A stretch of DNA of 64,000 nt from Azolla caroliniana. Taxonomy: Eukaryota; Plantae; Polypodiophyta. This document shows, one piece after another, positions 62,620 to 64,000 of this stretch. Every line of letters begins with the position of its first letter. Position 1 is the stretch's first letter. Where the stretch lies: NCBI GenBank assembly GCA_043228905.1, contig JBHGNT010000021.1, positions 4,836,001 through 4,900,000 of the forward strand. Reading direction: 5' to 3'. A model generated the notes under the pieces. That model worked only from the letters and a program-made list of their open reading frames with translations, made no database searches and was not told where the DNA came from. The translations under genes were made by a program, and so were the position numbers.

Positions 62620-64000
62620 ACAACGCTCCTCGACCCCTCAGGTTCCGCGCTCCTCAACCCCTATAGTTAGTACGTCTTCTCTTCAGGCCCTTCTCAGCTT
62701 TCTCATTGTTGCGACATTGGCACCCTTTGACCCATCAGATCCCCATATTGGCGTGAGCTTCAACTACCTCCTTGTCTGCTTGGCCTTCATGCGATTTGGC
62801 TAGTCCGAATCATACCATTCAACCGAATTAGTTGTCTTTGATTCATCTTCTGTCCTGTCTAAATCGGTTGTATCCGACTACATCTGCCCACGTCTTGGTC
62901 CTCGCCTTCTTCTTTCGGTTGACTCTTTCCTTCTTGACTCTGCCACCTCTGGCTCTCACTCCCCCTTGTCTAGTTGATTCTGACTCCGGCTTGTTCTAGT
63001 GGCCACTCCCCCTACATTCGTCCTCGACTTCCTTAGTCGTCCTGAAATCGAATTCTTCATCCGATTCGGTTTTTCGGACTTCATCTTTCTCCCTCGCACT
63101 CTCACTTCCCCCCCTCAAGTTCGGCATGTCGAGGTGCTGCAAGCCAAGCATACTCGAAAATTGTTGTAACTTGTCTAGGCTGAGAGGTTTGGTGAGGATA
63201 TCGGCAACCTACTGATCCGTCAGAACATACACAAGTTCGACTTCACTAGAGAGAACTCGCTTGAGGACAAAATGATAGTGCACCTCTATGTGCTTTGTCC
63301 GGGCGTGAAAGATGAGGTTCTTGGCTAGTTGGATGTTGTCGAGATTGTCGACTTAGACACCTCCAAATGCAGATCCTGCAAGAGCCTTTTGAGCCATGTG
63401 GCCTCGCATGTCATGACAGTCACTCGGAACTCCTCAATATTCGGCCTTGGTGCTCGATAGTACAAATATCAGCTACTTCTTACTGCTCCATGCGATCATT
63501 GCACTTCCCAAGGAAAAAGTGTATCCGGAAGTCGATCTACAATCACCAACATTTGTGGCGCAATCATCATCCATGTAGCCAACAAGCTGTTCGGCTACAT
63601 CGGTTCAATATAGCAACCCTCTATCCTTCGTGCCGCTCACATATCGTAAGATTAGATGCGCGCACTGAAGGTGGTCGATCGTCGGTTGCGACATAAATTG
63701 ACTGATCAGACCGACCGGATAGCTGAGGTCCGTCCGGGTAATGGTCAAATATATAAGGCTCCTGACAATCAGTCGGAACTGTGTCATGTCACAAGTCGAC
63801 CCCGATTCGAGGTGAAGCTTGACATTCCGGTCCAGAGGAGTTGCGACGGATTTACAATCCGTCATCCCGAACTTGAAGAGCATACTCAACACAAAATGCC
63901 ATTGGCTGATCAGTATGCCTTCGGGGGTGCGGATCACTTTGATCCTGAGGAAGTAGTGAAGGTTCCCTAGATCCTTCATATTAAACAATGTTACCAATTG
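62620..64000 (-). mobile_element. Degenerate Copia RT/RNase H fragment, continuing past the right edge
   Basis: MKDLGNLHYFL, LIYLTITRTDLSYPVGLISQFM and FHARTKHIEVHYHF, with frameshifts. Confidence 0.85.

Overview
Eukaryotic nuclear DNA from a land plant: spliceosomal GT-AG introns, plastid-targeted proteins and plant LTR elements. A non-seed plant such as a fern is my inference only. Host genes read from the sequence: exon 1 of CGLD27/DUF1230 (minus, runs off the left edge), an 8-exon TRAP-alpha gene, a conserved plant protein of unknown function (24.8-26.1 kb), a GH81 endo-1,3-beta-glucanase, an unannotated 2-exon secreted defensin-like peptide, PSB27-H2/LPA19, a DUF632 gene spanning an assembly gap, and an 8-exon Lys/Arg/Ser-rich protein gene carrying a Copia element in one intron. 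Mobile DNA includes a TRIM-like LTR element plus a related solo LTR (both with 4-bp TSDs), two hAT-type MITEs, a MULE derivative, LINE 3' fragments and decayed Copia pieces. The standout is a very young Ty3/gypsy element (5834-14024, TSD ATTCA). It has no gag, an intact pol and a 999-codon extra ORF. It has neither a normal PBS nor a polypurine tract. Instead, both positions carry the sense sequence of the last 17-18 nt of a tRNA-Arg including CCA, which suggests tRNA-primed plus-strand synthesis. All family assignments come from motif recognition, not database searches.
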